64,000 bases of DNA from a virus: the IMG/VR virus record IMGVR_UViG_3300028840_003851; one strand, given 5' to 3'. The translations under genes and the position numbers were made by a program. Of this stretch, positions 18,760 through 28,243 are shown in pieces (the first letter of the stretch is position 1; every line of letters starts with the position of its first letter). The notes below the pieces were generated by a model. That model did not search any database. It saw nothing but the letters and a program-made list of their open reading frames with translations, and was not told the origin of the DNA.

Positions 18760-19728
18760 CTACTTGGTCTTGACCGCACCAGAAACGTCCAGGGAGGTCA
18801 CTTCCGATTCTTCCACGCATGTACGGGTTATGGGAATAGGTAGGCCCCCCATAGAGGGAGGCTTGAGCCCTTGTCTGAGGTTGTAGGGTCGCACATATCG
18901 TACCCTTGTAGAGGGCGTATGTGGATACACCTTCGGTAGCGGGTCTTGCCTTATACCCGCTGGGTCTGCTGTACGCCCGTGAGCGTCTGTAGCGTCCGGG
19001 AAGCCGTTTGGTGGGCACTCGTAGATGCCGTATCCGGGACTAGGAGCTCCTCTAGAGCCCACAGAGCTGTAACGAGTAGACATCTGCGTTTCTATGCTCT
19101 GTACGATGGTCTTACCGAGAGGAGTAAACGCAGAGCGTCTAGTCATCTGGAACGGTATCTGCAGTGTCGTGGCGAACCACTCCGCACCCTGGTCGTTGGC
19201 GATTATGGAGCCCGCCGGTGAAGGGGAGCCCATAGAGATACGGCGTCCCACCTCAAAGAGCCCTCCCTCTTTAAGAAGAAGCTCTCTGAGCAGCCATGTC
19301 ATCTCTCCTACAATCCAGGCTACCTGCTCACTCTCTAGGTCATTTGCTGAGCAGCAATTGATGCTCATAGTTCCTGGTACGAACACCTCCTTGGTCTTCT
19401 TTCCTGAGTCGAACTGGTACCCAACCATGTCGTCAAGACCTATAGAGCTGAACTGGATTGGACCTCTTACGAAGTTAATCGCAGGTCTAGACCCTATCTT
19501 CTCTATGTTGATTGGGTTCTCGTCGCAGATGACTATCTCTGTGTGGTCTATGTCCTCGCTCCAGTGAAAAGCACCAGGAGGAGCTGCGGAGAATAGGCCC
19601 TGACAGAACAGAACGAATGTCTCACGGAGATGCTGAAGAGGCGTGTACTTAAAGCTACTGCCGGCTAAGCCTCTATCCGGCCGTATCGCTCTCGCCTTCG
19701 ATGGCACGGTCCATCTCCCTCTTGGCAA
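18760..19728 (-). CDS. tail completion/terminator-like protein (putative)
   Basis: 322 aa immediately upstream of the sheath. Confidence 0.45.
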   Translation of the reverse strand: MPRGRWTVPSKARAIRPDRGLAGSSFKYTPLQHLRETFVLFCQGLFSAAPPGAFHWSEDIDHTEIVICDENPINIEKIGSRPAINFVRGPIQFSSIGLDDMVGYQFDSGKKTKEVFVPGTMSINCCSANDLESEQVAWIVGEMTWLLRELLLKEGGLFEVGRRISMGSPSPAGSIIANDQGAEWFATTLQIPFQMTRRSAFTPLGKTIVQSIETQMSTRYSSVGSRGAPSPGYGIYECPPNGFPDATDAHGRTADPAGIRQDPLPKVYPHTPSTRVRYVRPYNLRQGLKPPSMGGLPIPITRTCVEESEVTSLDVSGAVKTK

Positions 19729-20221
19729 TAGCCTTCATGATTGGGTGCGCTATTCCCATCCCAGCGCCAACAAGAGCGGGAACTCCTGCAACGTACTTAA
19801 GAGGTATCGGCTTTCCGGTGGCCCTCTGCACCAGCCTGCCTACTCCGTACCCAGCGCCCGCCCCGGCTAGGGTTCCCGCTGCTAGCCCAGCACCAGTGGT
19901 CCCCATGACCTTAAGCACCCTCTTGAGCTTCTCCCGGTCGTTGGATACCTCCTCAGCAGTCTTCACACTGCCGTTGACCTGTTTGCGGGCTCTAGCTCGG
20001 TCTATCGTTCGACCTATAGCCTCCCCACCATGCACACCTAGAGCCGTCCCTAGTAGCGTCCCCGCTAAAGCAGCTGGTATCTCATACCTGGTACCCTGAA
20101 GTAGCTTCTGCCCTGCCAGAGCTCCACCAGTACCCCCAGCGGCTGCACCATACCAGGGGACGTACGTCTCTGCAGTACCCTGTGCGCACTTCTCTACCTC
20201 ATCTGGACGTAGAACCCTCAT
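19673..20221 (-). CDS. glycine-zipper protein with K-x-A sites (putative internal virion protein)
   Basis: EKCAQ and VKTAE each followed by GxxxG-rich hydrophobic helices. Confidence 0.6.
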   Translation of the reverse strand: MRVLRPDEVEKCAQGTAETYVPWYGAAAGGTGGALAGQKLLQGTRYEIPAALAGTLLGTALGVHGGEAIGRTIDRARARKQVNGSVKTAEEVSNDREKLKRVLKVMGTTGAGLAAGTLAGAGAGYGVGRLVQRATGKPIPLKYVAGVPALVGAGMGIAHPIMKAIAKREMDRAIEGESDTAG

Positions 20222-21123
20222 GTCTTAATCTTTCCGTACGTGCTTGGGTATAGAGAGAAGATGCTCGGTATCTCCTCACGCTCGAACGCATCTAGCGTTT
20301 GCGGGTTGGTGTACGCTCTAGCAGGAGAGAAGAAGATATCCTCTAGGGCGTTATCTAGCTGCAGCTCTATGGCGTATTCTACATCCGTCTTTGGTATCTT
20401 GTGCAGCTGTAGCTCTTGTAGAACGCCAGCTCTAAGATGCTCTGGAGAGGATACAGACACTACACGCCAACGAACGTTCTCCGGCTCTATGATTAGGTCT
20501 AACGGCTTTAGCTCAGGAAAGTAGCCCATGCGCGCAGTTGTGTTCTCTTGCTGCTGCTTCCCTACAGAGGACATCTGCTCTGCTTTCGCGTTAGGGTCAA
20601 ATGCCACCCAGCTCTCTACCGGGTACATGTACCCTCGTGTAAACCCTGTGTCGTAGCACGCCCTGCACCCACTCTTTGTGCTCTTGTTTAGTGCTTTGCT
20701 CCAGCAAGAGCAGCGCTGCCCGAACGTACGAACAGGAAGAGCCCAGCATCTTCTACCTGCGAACTCCCTAAACAGGAGGTTCATGTGCTTACGGAGCTCT
20801 ATCGCTATTAGGTCTGGCTCGGGAGACAAGCTAGAAGGTCCAAAGTCCTCTGATGCCCCATCACTCTTTCTAGTTACACGAATCTGGTAGTAGTAGCGCC
20901 GGAACGAGTGACCGACCTTGATTGCGTTGTCTAGAAAGATGTAGCGGTCCTCAAAAGGAGCGGCCAAAAGCTCGTACGGGCCCATCTCGCTCTCAGACCG
21001 CATCACCTGGAACGTGTAATCCAGCACATCCTCTGTTGTGGACTGCACGACCCACGTAACCTCGTTGTGGTCTATGTTGAGTGAGCGAACCTTTAACCGC
21101 TCTATCTTGAGGGGAACGCTCAT
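20218..21123 (-). CDS. neck/head-closure protein (putative)
   Basis: FnIII-like N-terminus, CSC...CRACYDTGF zinc motif; located between the head and tail genes. Confidence 0.55.
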   Translation of the reverse strand: MSVPLKIERLKVRSLNIDHNEVTWVVQSTTEDVLDYTFQVMRSESEMGPYELLAAPFEDRYIFLDNAIKVGHSFRRYYYQIRVTRKSDGASEDFGPSSLSPEPDLIAIELRKHMNLLFREFAGRRCWALPVRTFGQRCSCWSKALNKSTKSGCRACYDTGFTRGYMYPVESWVAFDPNAKAEQMSSVGKQQQENTTARMGYFPELKPLDLIIEPENVRWRVVSVSSPEHLRAGVLQELQLHKIPKTDVEYAIELQLDNALEDIFFSPARAYTNPQTLDAFEREEIPSIFSLYPSTYGKIKT

Positions 21124-22665
21124 CTAGTCCTTCCCAGCCACGTACCCTGCCCCAAGTCCTGCTAGAGCAACCGGTGCTGCAACCAAACCAGCGGCGGCAC
21201 CAGGGTTCGTTTTGGCTAGCGCCTGCCACTGCTTCCCTACTCCATGTAAGAAGCCCTTGGCTCCGCCACCGGTAGCAGCCATAGGCGCTGCCGCTCCAGG
21301 AGCAACAGGACCTGCAGCTCGCTGCATCAATGTCTTACCGCCCGTGGTCATTCCCTTGGCTCCGGCAGTACCGGCCTCAACGAGACTCTTTCCGCCCTTC
21401 AATAACGCTGACCCTGCGCGCCTAGCGCCGCCTACCAGCTTGCCGATAAAAGCACCGAGGGCTACCTTCTCGAGCTCGGTTAGCTCTTCACCATCTCTAA
21501 GCTTCACCTGCGCGCTCTTCACGAGAATCTCTTGTGCAGCCTCGAGGAAGTGCTCCTCCTGCGCAGAGGACGCCTTGGCGAAGCCCGTAAATCTCTGGCC
21601 TGCCTGCCCCACTGGCTTAGCAAGCCTGGATAGGAAGGGAAGGGTGCCTCCCTTCACTGCCCCAGGAACCTTGCTCGCCGCACCGGTGACGACCTTTGGG
21701 GCCCTTGTCAGAAGAGAGCTTATCCCTTTACCGATAGCACCGAGACCTAGAGCCTCCTTCTGGAGCTCTGACGCCGTCTTGCAGCTGCCAGACATCTTCT
21801 GGCATCCACCAGAGACCTTCTGCTTGGCCTTCTCCATCTTCATGGACTCTTCGCCCTTGGATAGCCCTAGCTTCTTCTCTGCGGTGCGCTGCTTCTTCTC
21901 TGGGATGACCTCTGAGCGCGTAGCAAGTGCTGGGTACCTCTTCGCCACAGCAGCGTAGACCTTTGACTTCTCCGCTGGGGAGCCAAACTGCCGCACGCGC
22001 GTAAGGGCGTTCCTTGCGTGCTCCGGGTCATGGATGGGGTAGGAGCCCTCGCCCTTCCCTCCCTTGGGGATTGCGAAGTTCTTGCTCTTAATCTTCTCCC
22101 TAGCCGACATGTCTAGCACTGCTGCGGCTTTGCGCATACGAGCTGCAGCGGCCTTTATAGGGGCTGCTCCCATACCAGGAGGAGCCGACACCTCAGGGGG
22201 CGTCTCAGTCGTGGGCATGGGCTCGGGTCCTGGCGGGGGAAGGGCCTCTGGTGCGGGCTCTGCCGCCTCTGGCTCTGCCTGCTCTGAGGGGGCACCCTCC
22301 CCTACCTGGGCTAGCTCGAGGTCTAGCATCTTCTTCTGTACCTGAAGCTGGTCTCTTGCAGCGAAGGTGTCGTCCTCCTCCCTCTCTGCCCTGCGCTGCG
22401 CCCGTTGCTCGATGTCCTGCTGCTCGAGCTCGAGCTCCTGCTGTGCAAGCTGAATGGCGGCGGGCAAAAGGGGAGTTCCCTTGTACTTCTCAAGCCAATC
22501 ATCGTCTCCGCACAGCCCGGACAGCTTCAGCTGTCCACTAGCAATCTTCATGAGGGTCTCCTTAGGGAGACGAGACATGAGCTCTACTGTACGGGCCTTG
22601 TCGTTGGCCTTCTTGTAATGACCTGCTGCAACCTCTAGAAACGTATCCAGCATCGTAATCCTCAC
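21124..22665 (-). CDS. internal head protein with K-x-A sites and DUF6582-like segment
   Basis: MKIAS, CKTAS, QKEAL, VKSAQ, EKVAL; NFAIP...YPIHDPEHARNALTRV. Confidence 0.6.
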   Translation of the reverse strand: MRITMLDTFLEVAAGHYKKANDKARTVELMSRLPKETLMKIASGQLKLSGLCGDDDWLEKYKGTPLLPAAIQLAQQELELEQQDIEQRAQRRAEREEDDTFAARDQLQVQKKMLDLELAQVGEGAPSEQAEPEAAEPAPEALPPPGPEPMPTTETPPEVSAPPGMGAAPIKAAAARMRKAAAVLDMSAREKIKSKNFAIPKGGKGEGSYPIHDPEHARNALTRVRQFGSPAEKSKVYAAVAKRYPALATRSEVIPEKKQRTAEKKLGLSKGEESMKMEKAKQKVSGGCQKMSGSCKTASELQKEALGLGAIGKGISSLLTRAPKVVTGAASKVPGAVKGGTLPFLSRLAKPVGQAGQRFTGFAKASSAQEEHFLEAAQEILVKSAQVKLRDGEELTELEKVALGAFIGKLVGGARRAGSALLKGGKSLVEAGTAGAKGMTTGGKTLMQRAAGPVAPGAAAPMAATGGGAKGFLHGVGKQWQALAKTNPGAAAGLVAAPVALAGLGAGYVAGKD

Positions 22666-25265
22666 TTAGCCAATCGAGCCAGCTCTCCACGTGAATTGGC
22701 GATGTCCTTTAGAAGACTCTGTGTCTTCTTTCCCATCTGAGCGCCCCTAAATGCCCCTCCTATAGCTCCTCCCCCCGCGGCACCCATCAATGCAGAGCCT
22801 ATAGGATTGCTTACAGCCATCTCTGCCCCGGCTAATCCTGCCTTCGCCTTTGCCATCCTCATCGCATTAGCGAACCCGCCCTTTCCTTCTAACGCTTGAA
22901 TGGCCTCTCGGCGCTTAGCAAGACCTTCCTCCCCCTGCATGGTCTGCTGTATAGAGCCTCCGGCGCCTAGAAGAGCCCCTACAGCGGGTGCGGCGTAGTC
23001 CCAGGCAGAGCCCATCTTCATCTGAGCTCCTTGGGCTGCCTGCTCTGCTTGCATCGCCTGCTGCTGAGCCTCTTGCTGTGCTTTCTCTGCCTGTACAGCC
23101 TCCTCCTCGGCCTTTTGAGGCGTTGCTGGGACTGGTGGAGGACCTTCCATCCCCGCCTCCGGAGGTGGTTGTAGCTCACTAGCAAGCTGCTGCGCTTGAG
23201 CCTGTGCCTGCTCCTGCTGCATCTGGGTGGCAATGGCATCGGGCTCCTGAGAGGCTACCTGGAGCATCTGCGCGCGCATCTGCTGCATCCCCATCCTCAT
23301 GTTAGCCGCTTGCTGGGTCTGTCGCAGAGCCTCATCGTTAGCTTGAACAGCTTGCTGAGTTGCCTGCTGTATCTGCTGTCCGGCCATCTGGGCCTGCTGC
23401 TGCACAGCCTGAAGCTGCTGCTGGGTCTGCATCATCATCTGCTGAAGACCCTGGTTCTCCATGACAGCCTGCTGGAAGCGCTGCTTGTAGTGCGCAGACT
23501 CGTTAGCCTCTTGGGCCTGCCTACCGGCCTGCTCTGCGGCGAGATAGGCTATTGCCTCTTGGTCAGGAGGCGCTGCGGAGGGGGCCGCCATACCTTGACC
23601 CGCCATATCGCCCTCTGCCATCTTCAGGAGAGCGGCCTTGAAGCGACCTGCTGCAGAGGACAGCTTGGAGCGAGAACGCTCTGCGGCCCTTCCTGGAATC
23701 ACCTGCAGCTGAGGCTTCCCCCCCGGCGTTTTGGGGGCTACCTCTGCAGCGAGTCCACGCGCTCTAGCTACGAGCTCGTTTACCTGTTCTCCTTGCTGCG
23801 CCATTGTATTAGTAACCCCCGAGCTCTCTTGGTTAAGCGCGGCAATATCTTCTCCCTGCTGCTTTACCTTCTCCCTCATGGCCTTTAACTTCTGAATAGT
23901 GGGATTAGCCGCTACTCTCTCAGCTATCTCCGCCTCAGAATCAACGTCTTCTAGCTTTTTAGCTGCTTCCAGGTCACCTGCAGAAGGTTTGCCCCCTCCA
24001 GTCCCCTCGAGCTTAGGGTTGGCGGCTATACGGGCCTCCTGCTGCCTCGCAAGGTTGGCATCGGCCCACTCTTGTGCCGCTCTAGCCTGCTCGTCTCTCC
24101 TTAGCGCCCTGGCCTCGTCTGCTACAGCTGCACCAGGCGTAACGGGAGGTGGCGCTGCCTCCTCCGCTAGCTGCTTACCTGCTCCCCTCAATCCCCTTCC
24201 TAGAAGGTGCTGCGCTCCAGCACCAAGACCAGCACCAGCTAGTGCTCCGCCCACAGTGCCCAGCACCTTGTGCTCCTCAGGAGCTAAGCCGTACCCAGCA
24301 GCCCCTCCCCCAAGGGCACCAAGAGCAGCGCCCATACGGTACGCCTGCTTCATCATAGAGGCGGCCTTCTTGATGTCCAGCTCCTTACCGAGCTCTTTGC
24401 CTGCCTTTCCTCCAACAAGGTATCCCCCGGCGAGCCCTGCAATTGTACCGGCCTTACCGCCGATGTACCTGCGCCCAAGAGCGGCTCCCCCGAGAGCCCC
24501 ACCAGCAGAGCCCGCTAGCTGTCCGTAGCGCTCTCCTCGTGTGCCCTTCCCCTTCTCGGCCTTGGCTGAAAGTCCACTTATAGCGCGCCACTTGCCCTTC
24601 TGCTTGAGCTCCTCTTTTGTAGGCGCAGAGGCCAGCTTACCCGCTACACCCTCCTCCGGAGTCTCCTCTTCAACGATGGACTCCTCCTCTTCCTCGGGAG
24701 GGGCATCGTAGGACAGCACAGGGCTCTCTGTCTCTCTAGGCACCGCACTCCATAGAGAGTCAATGCGCTCCTGGGAGCGTTTGGAGGTAGCGTCTACCAT
24801 AGAGAGCATAGGAGCCGAGCCCACAGCTATCTTAAGCTCCTCGAGGGAGGCTATTAGCTCTTGCTCCTTGCGGATGAGCATCTTGGCAATGCCTACAGGG
24901 TCTGTTGTAGCTGGAGGCATCTCTACCTCTGGGAGGTGTACAGGACCACCCAGCGTAGCCATCCTCTTCACAAAGCTCCTGAGCGCGTCTGCCGCGCCGT
25001 AGCCACAGACACCTCTTAGCGCCTCCTTACCAGGACCACGAGCCACCTCTAGAAGAACCTCGTAGCCTACATTGAGCTCTATGAGGTGCTTCACGGAGCT
25101 CTGCATGAGGTCGAGAACCTCCTCAACAGGCGCATCGAAGGTACCCTCAAGCTCTCCTGTCTCGTCAGGCGGGTCGGACCATCCAGCTGTTTTGATTCTT
25201 ACGAAGAATCCTGCTGCATCCTCTAGTGACGGCTTTCCGAGAAGTTCTTTTGCGAGGTCCTTCAT
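22662..25265 (-). CDS. large internal head protein: ferritin-like segment, glycine zippers, Gln-rich coil
   Basis: 867 aa; IKTAG, GKLAS, MKQAY, LKMAE; KRMATLGGP...EQELIASL. Confidence 0.6.
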   Translation of the reverse strand: MKDLAKELLGKPSLEDAAGFFVRIKTAGWSDPPDETGELEGTFDAPVEEVLDLMQSSVKHLIELNVGYEVLLEVARGPGKEALRGVCGYGAADALRSFVKRMATLGGPVHLPEVEMPPATTDPVGIAKMLIRKEQELIASLEELKIAVGSAPMLSMVDATSKRSQERIDSLWSAVPRETESPVLSYDAPPEEEEESIVEEETPEEGVAGKLASAPTKEELKQKGKWRAISGLSAKAEKGKGTRGERYGQLAGSAGGALGGAALGRRYIGGKAGTIAGLAGGYLVGGKAGKELGKELDIKKAASMMKQAYRMGAALGALGGGAAGYGLAPEEHKVLGTVGGALAGAGLGAGAQHLLGRGLRGAGKQLAEEAAPPPVTPGAAVADEARALRRDEQARAAQEWADANLARQQEARIAANPKLEGTGGGKPSAGDLEAAKKLEDVDSEAEIAERVAANPTIQKLKAMREKVKQQGEDIAALNQESSGVTNTMAQQGEQVNELVARARGLAAEVAPKTPGGKPQLQVIPGRAAERSRSKLSSAAGRFKAALLKMAEGDMAGQGMAAPSAAPPDQEAIAYLAAEQAGRQAQEANESAHYKQRFQQAVMENQGLQQMMMQTQQQLQAVQQQAQMAGQQIQQATQQAVQANDEALRQTQQAANMRMGMQQMRAQMLQVASQEPDAIATQMQQEQAQAQAQQLASELQPPPEAGMEGPPPVPATPQKAEEEAVQAEKAQQEAQQQAMQAEQAAQGAQMKMGSAWDYAAPAVGALLGAGGSIQQTMQGEEGLAKRREAIQALEGKGGFANAMRMAKAKAGLAGAEMAVSNPIGSALMGAAGGGAIGGAFRGAQMGKKTQSLLKDIANSRGELARLAK

Positions 25266-25268
25266 TGC

Positions 25269-25736
25269 TTACTCGTCTGTGATGACCTGTAGAAGACCAT
25301 CGTCAATCTGGTGAAATGAGATGAGCCTTGGGGGTGCCCCAAGAGGTGTAGCGTAGGAGATTCCAGTCGTAACCGCTGCAGTGCTGAATCCCAGTATGCT
25401 GTTTGCCGTGCCCGTAGTGTTTAGAGCGACGTTGATGCCTACAACAGGCGCTTTTCTGGCAATCACCAGCTGGTTCATCTGCTTCGTAACAAGAAGAAGG
25501 GGAGCCTGGGTCTCTATCTGGCTCTTCACCTCCTTGAACGGATAGACGTTCTCTCCAGATGGCGGAAGAGCGAAGGTTACCGTAACGGCTGGGACAAGAA
25601 AGACCAGGGTCAGAAGATTCAGCCCCTCAAAGCTGAGCTCAAGACCACGCTGGTCTGCTGCCATAGCGCCGAATATGGCACCCTGAAGCAGATGCTTCAG
25701 CTGCGAGTGATGAATGTTGTATACCTGAAGCGCCAT
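25269..25736 (-). CDS. virion structural protein, paralog of 25740..26189
   Basis: Shares LQV..IHHS.L.H.L.G and LQV.TDE termini with its neighbour. Confidence 0.65.
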   Translation of the reverse strand: MALQVYNIHHSQLKHLLQGAIFGAMAADQRGLELSFEGLNLLTLVFLVPAVTVTFALPPSGENVYPFKEVKSQIETQAPLLLVTKQMNQLVIARKAPVVGINVALNTTGTANSILGFSTAAVTTGISYATPLGAPPRLISFHQIDDGLLQVITDE

Positions 25737-25739
25737 GGT

Positions 25740-26189
25740 CTACTCGTCTGTAACAACCTGTAGAAACCCGTCCCCCACCTGACCTATAGCCACAAGCTCG
25801 GGAGCTCCTCCCCCAGGTGGGTTGTAGAACGTGCCTACAGTGTCTGTCGTAGTACCAAACCCTAGGATTTGATTGGCTGTCCCTGCTGCCGACAGGTCTA
25901 CACCACCAAGTGGGCCGCTCTCTATGAGGCAAAGACGTCCTTGGTGGAACGTCACAGTAACGGCTACAGCCGCCTCAATCTGGGTCTTCACCTCTTTGGG
26001 TGTTAGAAAGTCTGACGGGCCGCCTGCTGCCACGAAGCCTACAAGACCAACAGGGTTGTTGAAGACCAACGTCAGCCCGTGAACGAAGAAACGCGCCACC
26101 GGGTTTGTAACAGCTACACCACCGGTGATTCCTCCCTTTAGGAAGTGCTCTAGCTTAGAATGATGTATCTGGCGTACCTGAAGAGTCAT
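25740..26189 (-). CDS. virion structural protein, paralog of 25269..25736
   Basis: Start moved to ATG 26189 (MTLQVRQIHHSKLEH), ATGA overlap. Confidence 0.65.
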   Translation of the reverse strand: MTLQVRQIHHSKLEHFLKGGITGGVAVTNPVARFFVHGLTLVFNNPVGLVGFVAAGGPSDFLTPKEVKTQIEAAVAVTVTFHQGRLCLIESGPLGGVDLSAAGTANQILGFGTTTDTVGTFYNPPGGGAPELVAIGQVGDGFLQVVTDE

Positions 26190-26692
26190 GGTCCGAACCT
26201 TAGATATGACATGTTCGTGCACCAGTACTCACTGTGTACACCCATGTTGTCTGACCCCAGAATGCCCTCTATGTTCAGAGCAACCTTAACATGCTGTATC
26301 CTCTGCTCTGTCGTGGATTTGAACAGCTGCAACCACTGCAACAGCAGAGGAGTCTTATCGTTAACCCCAACGTTGATACCACCAGCAGAGTAGTTTAGGT
26401 GGTTTCTTGTCTGCAGCATGCCGATAGACTCTAAAAGGGTCTCTACAGTCATACGCAGAAGGAGGTTATTCTGGTTGATTGCTAGAAGCTCCTCTAGGGT
26501 GTAGTAGGTGTGGTGCGGCGTACCGTTGAAACGAGACAGAGCATCCATGGTTGCCCAAGCAATCATACGGTCGCTCGACTCCTCCCCAGCTGTAAGCCTG
26601 TTGAGCTCCGGGATGTCCCTCAGGAACAGCCGCACCTCATGAACAAACGCCTTCATGGCGTCTGACATGCCTGCTACACCCTGTAGTGCCAC
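26186..26692 (-). CDS. head-to-tail adaptor (putative)
   Basis: VRLFLRD.PELNRL...LNYSAGGINV helical adaptor-like pattern; position after the MCP cluster. Confidence 0.55.
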   Translation of the reverse strand: MALQGVAGMSDAMKAFVHEVRLFLRDIPELNRLTAGEESSDRMIAWATMDALSRFNGTPHHTYYTLEELLAINQNNLLLRMTVETLLESIGMLQTRNHLNYSAGGINVGVNDKTPLLLQWLQLFKSTTEQRIQHVKVALNIEGILGSDNMGVHSEYWCTNMSYLRFGP

Positions 26693-26994
26693 TACTTCTC
26701 CTCGCTCTTCTTCTCAGAGCTCTTCACACTCAGCTTAGGCTTCAGCGCCTTCTTCTCCTCCTTCTTGGGCTTAACCGTAGGCTTCGGCCTAGCCGCTCCG
26801 TTGTAGCTTGGAGGGAGGGTGTCTATGACAGCGGCGCCATCAAAGCGCTGCACCACCTCAGACCTGTAGCGCTCGTGCACAATGGCAGAGCCACCAGGTG
26901 GGATGATGGTGTCGCCCAGCTTGATGGGGATGTTCACCCTACCAAGGCTCTTCAGCTGAGGCGTCTCTACGTCTGTGATGTTGTAGACCTTCAT
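26692..26994 (-). CDS. hypothetical protein with basic tail
   Basis: 100 aa, translationally coupled. Confidence 0.55.
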   Translation of the reverse strand: MKVYNITDVETPQLKSLGRVNIPIKLGDTIIPPGGSAIVHERYRSEVVQRFDGAAVIDTLPPSYNGAARPKPTVKPKKEEKKALKPKLSVKSSEKKSEEK

Positions 26995-27455
26995 TAGCTC
27001 CTCTTCCTTCCCTTCTTGCGGCGCTTGGCCGGGTCCTTGTCCTCACTATGGGTTACGACCGGAAGGGCCATGCTGACCTCTTGGGGCTCCATGTCTACCG
27101 CTTCTGCCGGACTAGGCTCGATAACAGGGTAGATGTCCTTGGATATCGTGTCCTTCGGCCTGGCAGGCATAGGCTTAGGGGGAGGTGGTTTCTCCACGTC
27201 CAATGTCTCTAGGTTGACGCGAAGACCTGATGCCGTACGGACAACAATCTTCCCCTCGCCCTCAAGACGCTTTAGCTCGTCAAGGTGCTTCAAGAGAGCA
27301 TCCTCCTTTACAGAGGCAGGTCTCTTTCTACGAACCTTAATCTCCCCGCCACCGATGTGCTGTACCCACCTCATCTTCCCAGGCGTCCTATGCCTGGTCG
27401 TACGGGTGTGCACCGACATCACGGCGCTGTGTACTCTGTATGCTTCCTTTCCCAT
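26994..27455 (-). CDS. hypothetical basic protein
   Basis: Start moved to ATG 27455 (MGKEAY). Confidence 0.55.
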   Translation of the reverse strand: MGKEAYRVHSAVMSVHTRTTRHRTPGKMRWVQHIGGGEIKVRRKRPASVKEDALLKHLDELKRLEGEGKIVVRTASGLRVNLETLDVEKPPPPKPMPARPKDTISKDIYPVIEPSPAEAVDMEPQEVSMALPVVTHSEDKDPAKRRKKGRKRS

Positions 27456-27456
27456 C

Positions 27457-28152
27457 CTACACCGTTGGGTCGTACTCATACTCAATAGCGTAGTCCTCAG
27501 CACCGTCTGCTGCAGTAGCTGGGGTGTACGCTCCGTAGGGCTCGTCAGTAGCTGCGTCGGTGATGGCGCCGGTGGCTACCACACCAAGCGTAGACTCCTT
27601 CTCCCAGAGAAGGTCTACACCTCCAGCTCGTGCCTTAGGCGGGTACGGAAGACCGAGAGGAGCTGCGTGTCCCATGGTGAACGTTGCACCAGTGCCGGTA
27701 CCAGCAGGGAGCGTAAGCTTGGTGAACCTCTTGTAGTACTTGGCAGTGGTGTCTGTCCCCGCAGCTTGGCTCAAGGTCAGGGTCTCGCTGATAGCCTTGT
27801 CCTGCGCATCAAGGCCCTCGACAAGCATAGATGCAGGAGACTCTGCAGGGGTAGCGCCGCCAGTGGTGACGGTAAGCTGCCTAGCGTAGACAAGGTCTGC
27901 ACCTAGAGCTCCGTCCATATCCGCCGGCAAGAGCTCCTGCTCTGTGAGCTGGCTCGTGATGCCCGCACCAGCCGTTATGACAGAGTCTGCTGCCGCTGCA
28001 GCCGGGTCTACGTACTCAACGATGCCCCTCGCACGTATTGGAGCAAGCGCTCGCTCTACGTCACGGCGAAGGTCGCCAACCTCCTTACCAGCGTGTGCAA
28101 GGTGGGGAACAAGTGGTTTCTCTTTGGTTAGAAGTCCGCTTCCTGTGCTCAT
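27457..28152 (-). CDS. capsid decoration/head fibre protein (putative)
   Basis: Directly downstream of the MCP; Ala/Thr/Gly-rich; N-terminal motif shared with 6297..7658. Confidence 0.55.
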   Translation of the reverse strand: MSTGSGLLTKEKPLVPHLAHAGKEVGDLRRDVERALAPIRARGIVEYVDPAAAAADSVITAGAGITSQLTEQELLPADMDGALGADLVYARQLTVTTGGATPAESPASMLVEGLDAQDKAISETLTLSQAAGTDTTAKYYKRFTKLTLPAGTGTGATFTMGHAAPLGLPYPPKARAGGVDLLWEKESTLGVVATGAITDAATDEPYGAYTPATAADGAEDYAIEYEYDPTV

Positions 28153-28243
28153 AGCTCTATCTCTCAATGTTGAAAAGGGCGCCGACGCTTTGACGCCGAC
28201 GCCCTTCGTCGGGCCGTCTGAGCCGGACTACAAGGTAGTCAGG

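Noticed and set aside
23196-24528. Long plus-strand ORFs over the Gln/Ala-rich part of 22662..25265
   Set aside because: Antisense shadows of low-complexity coding sequence
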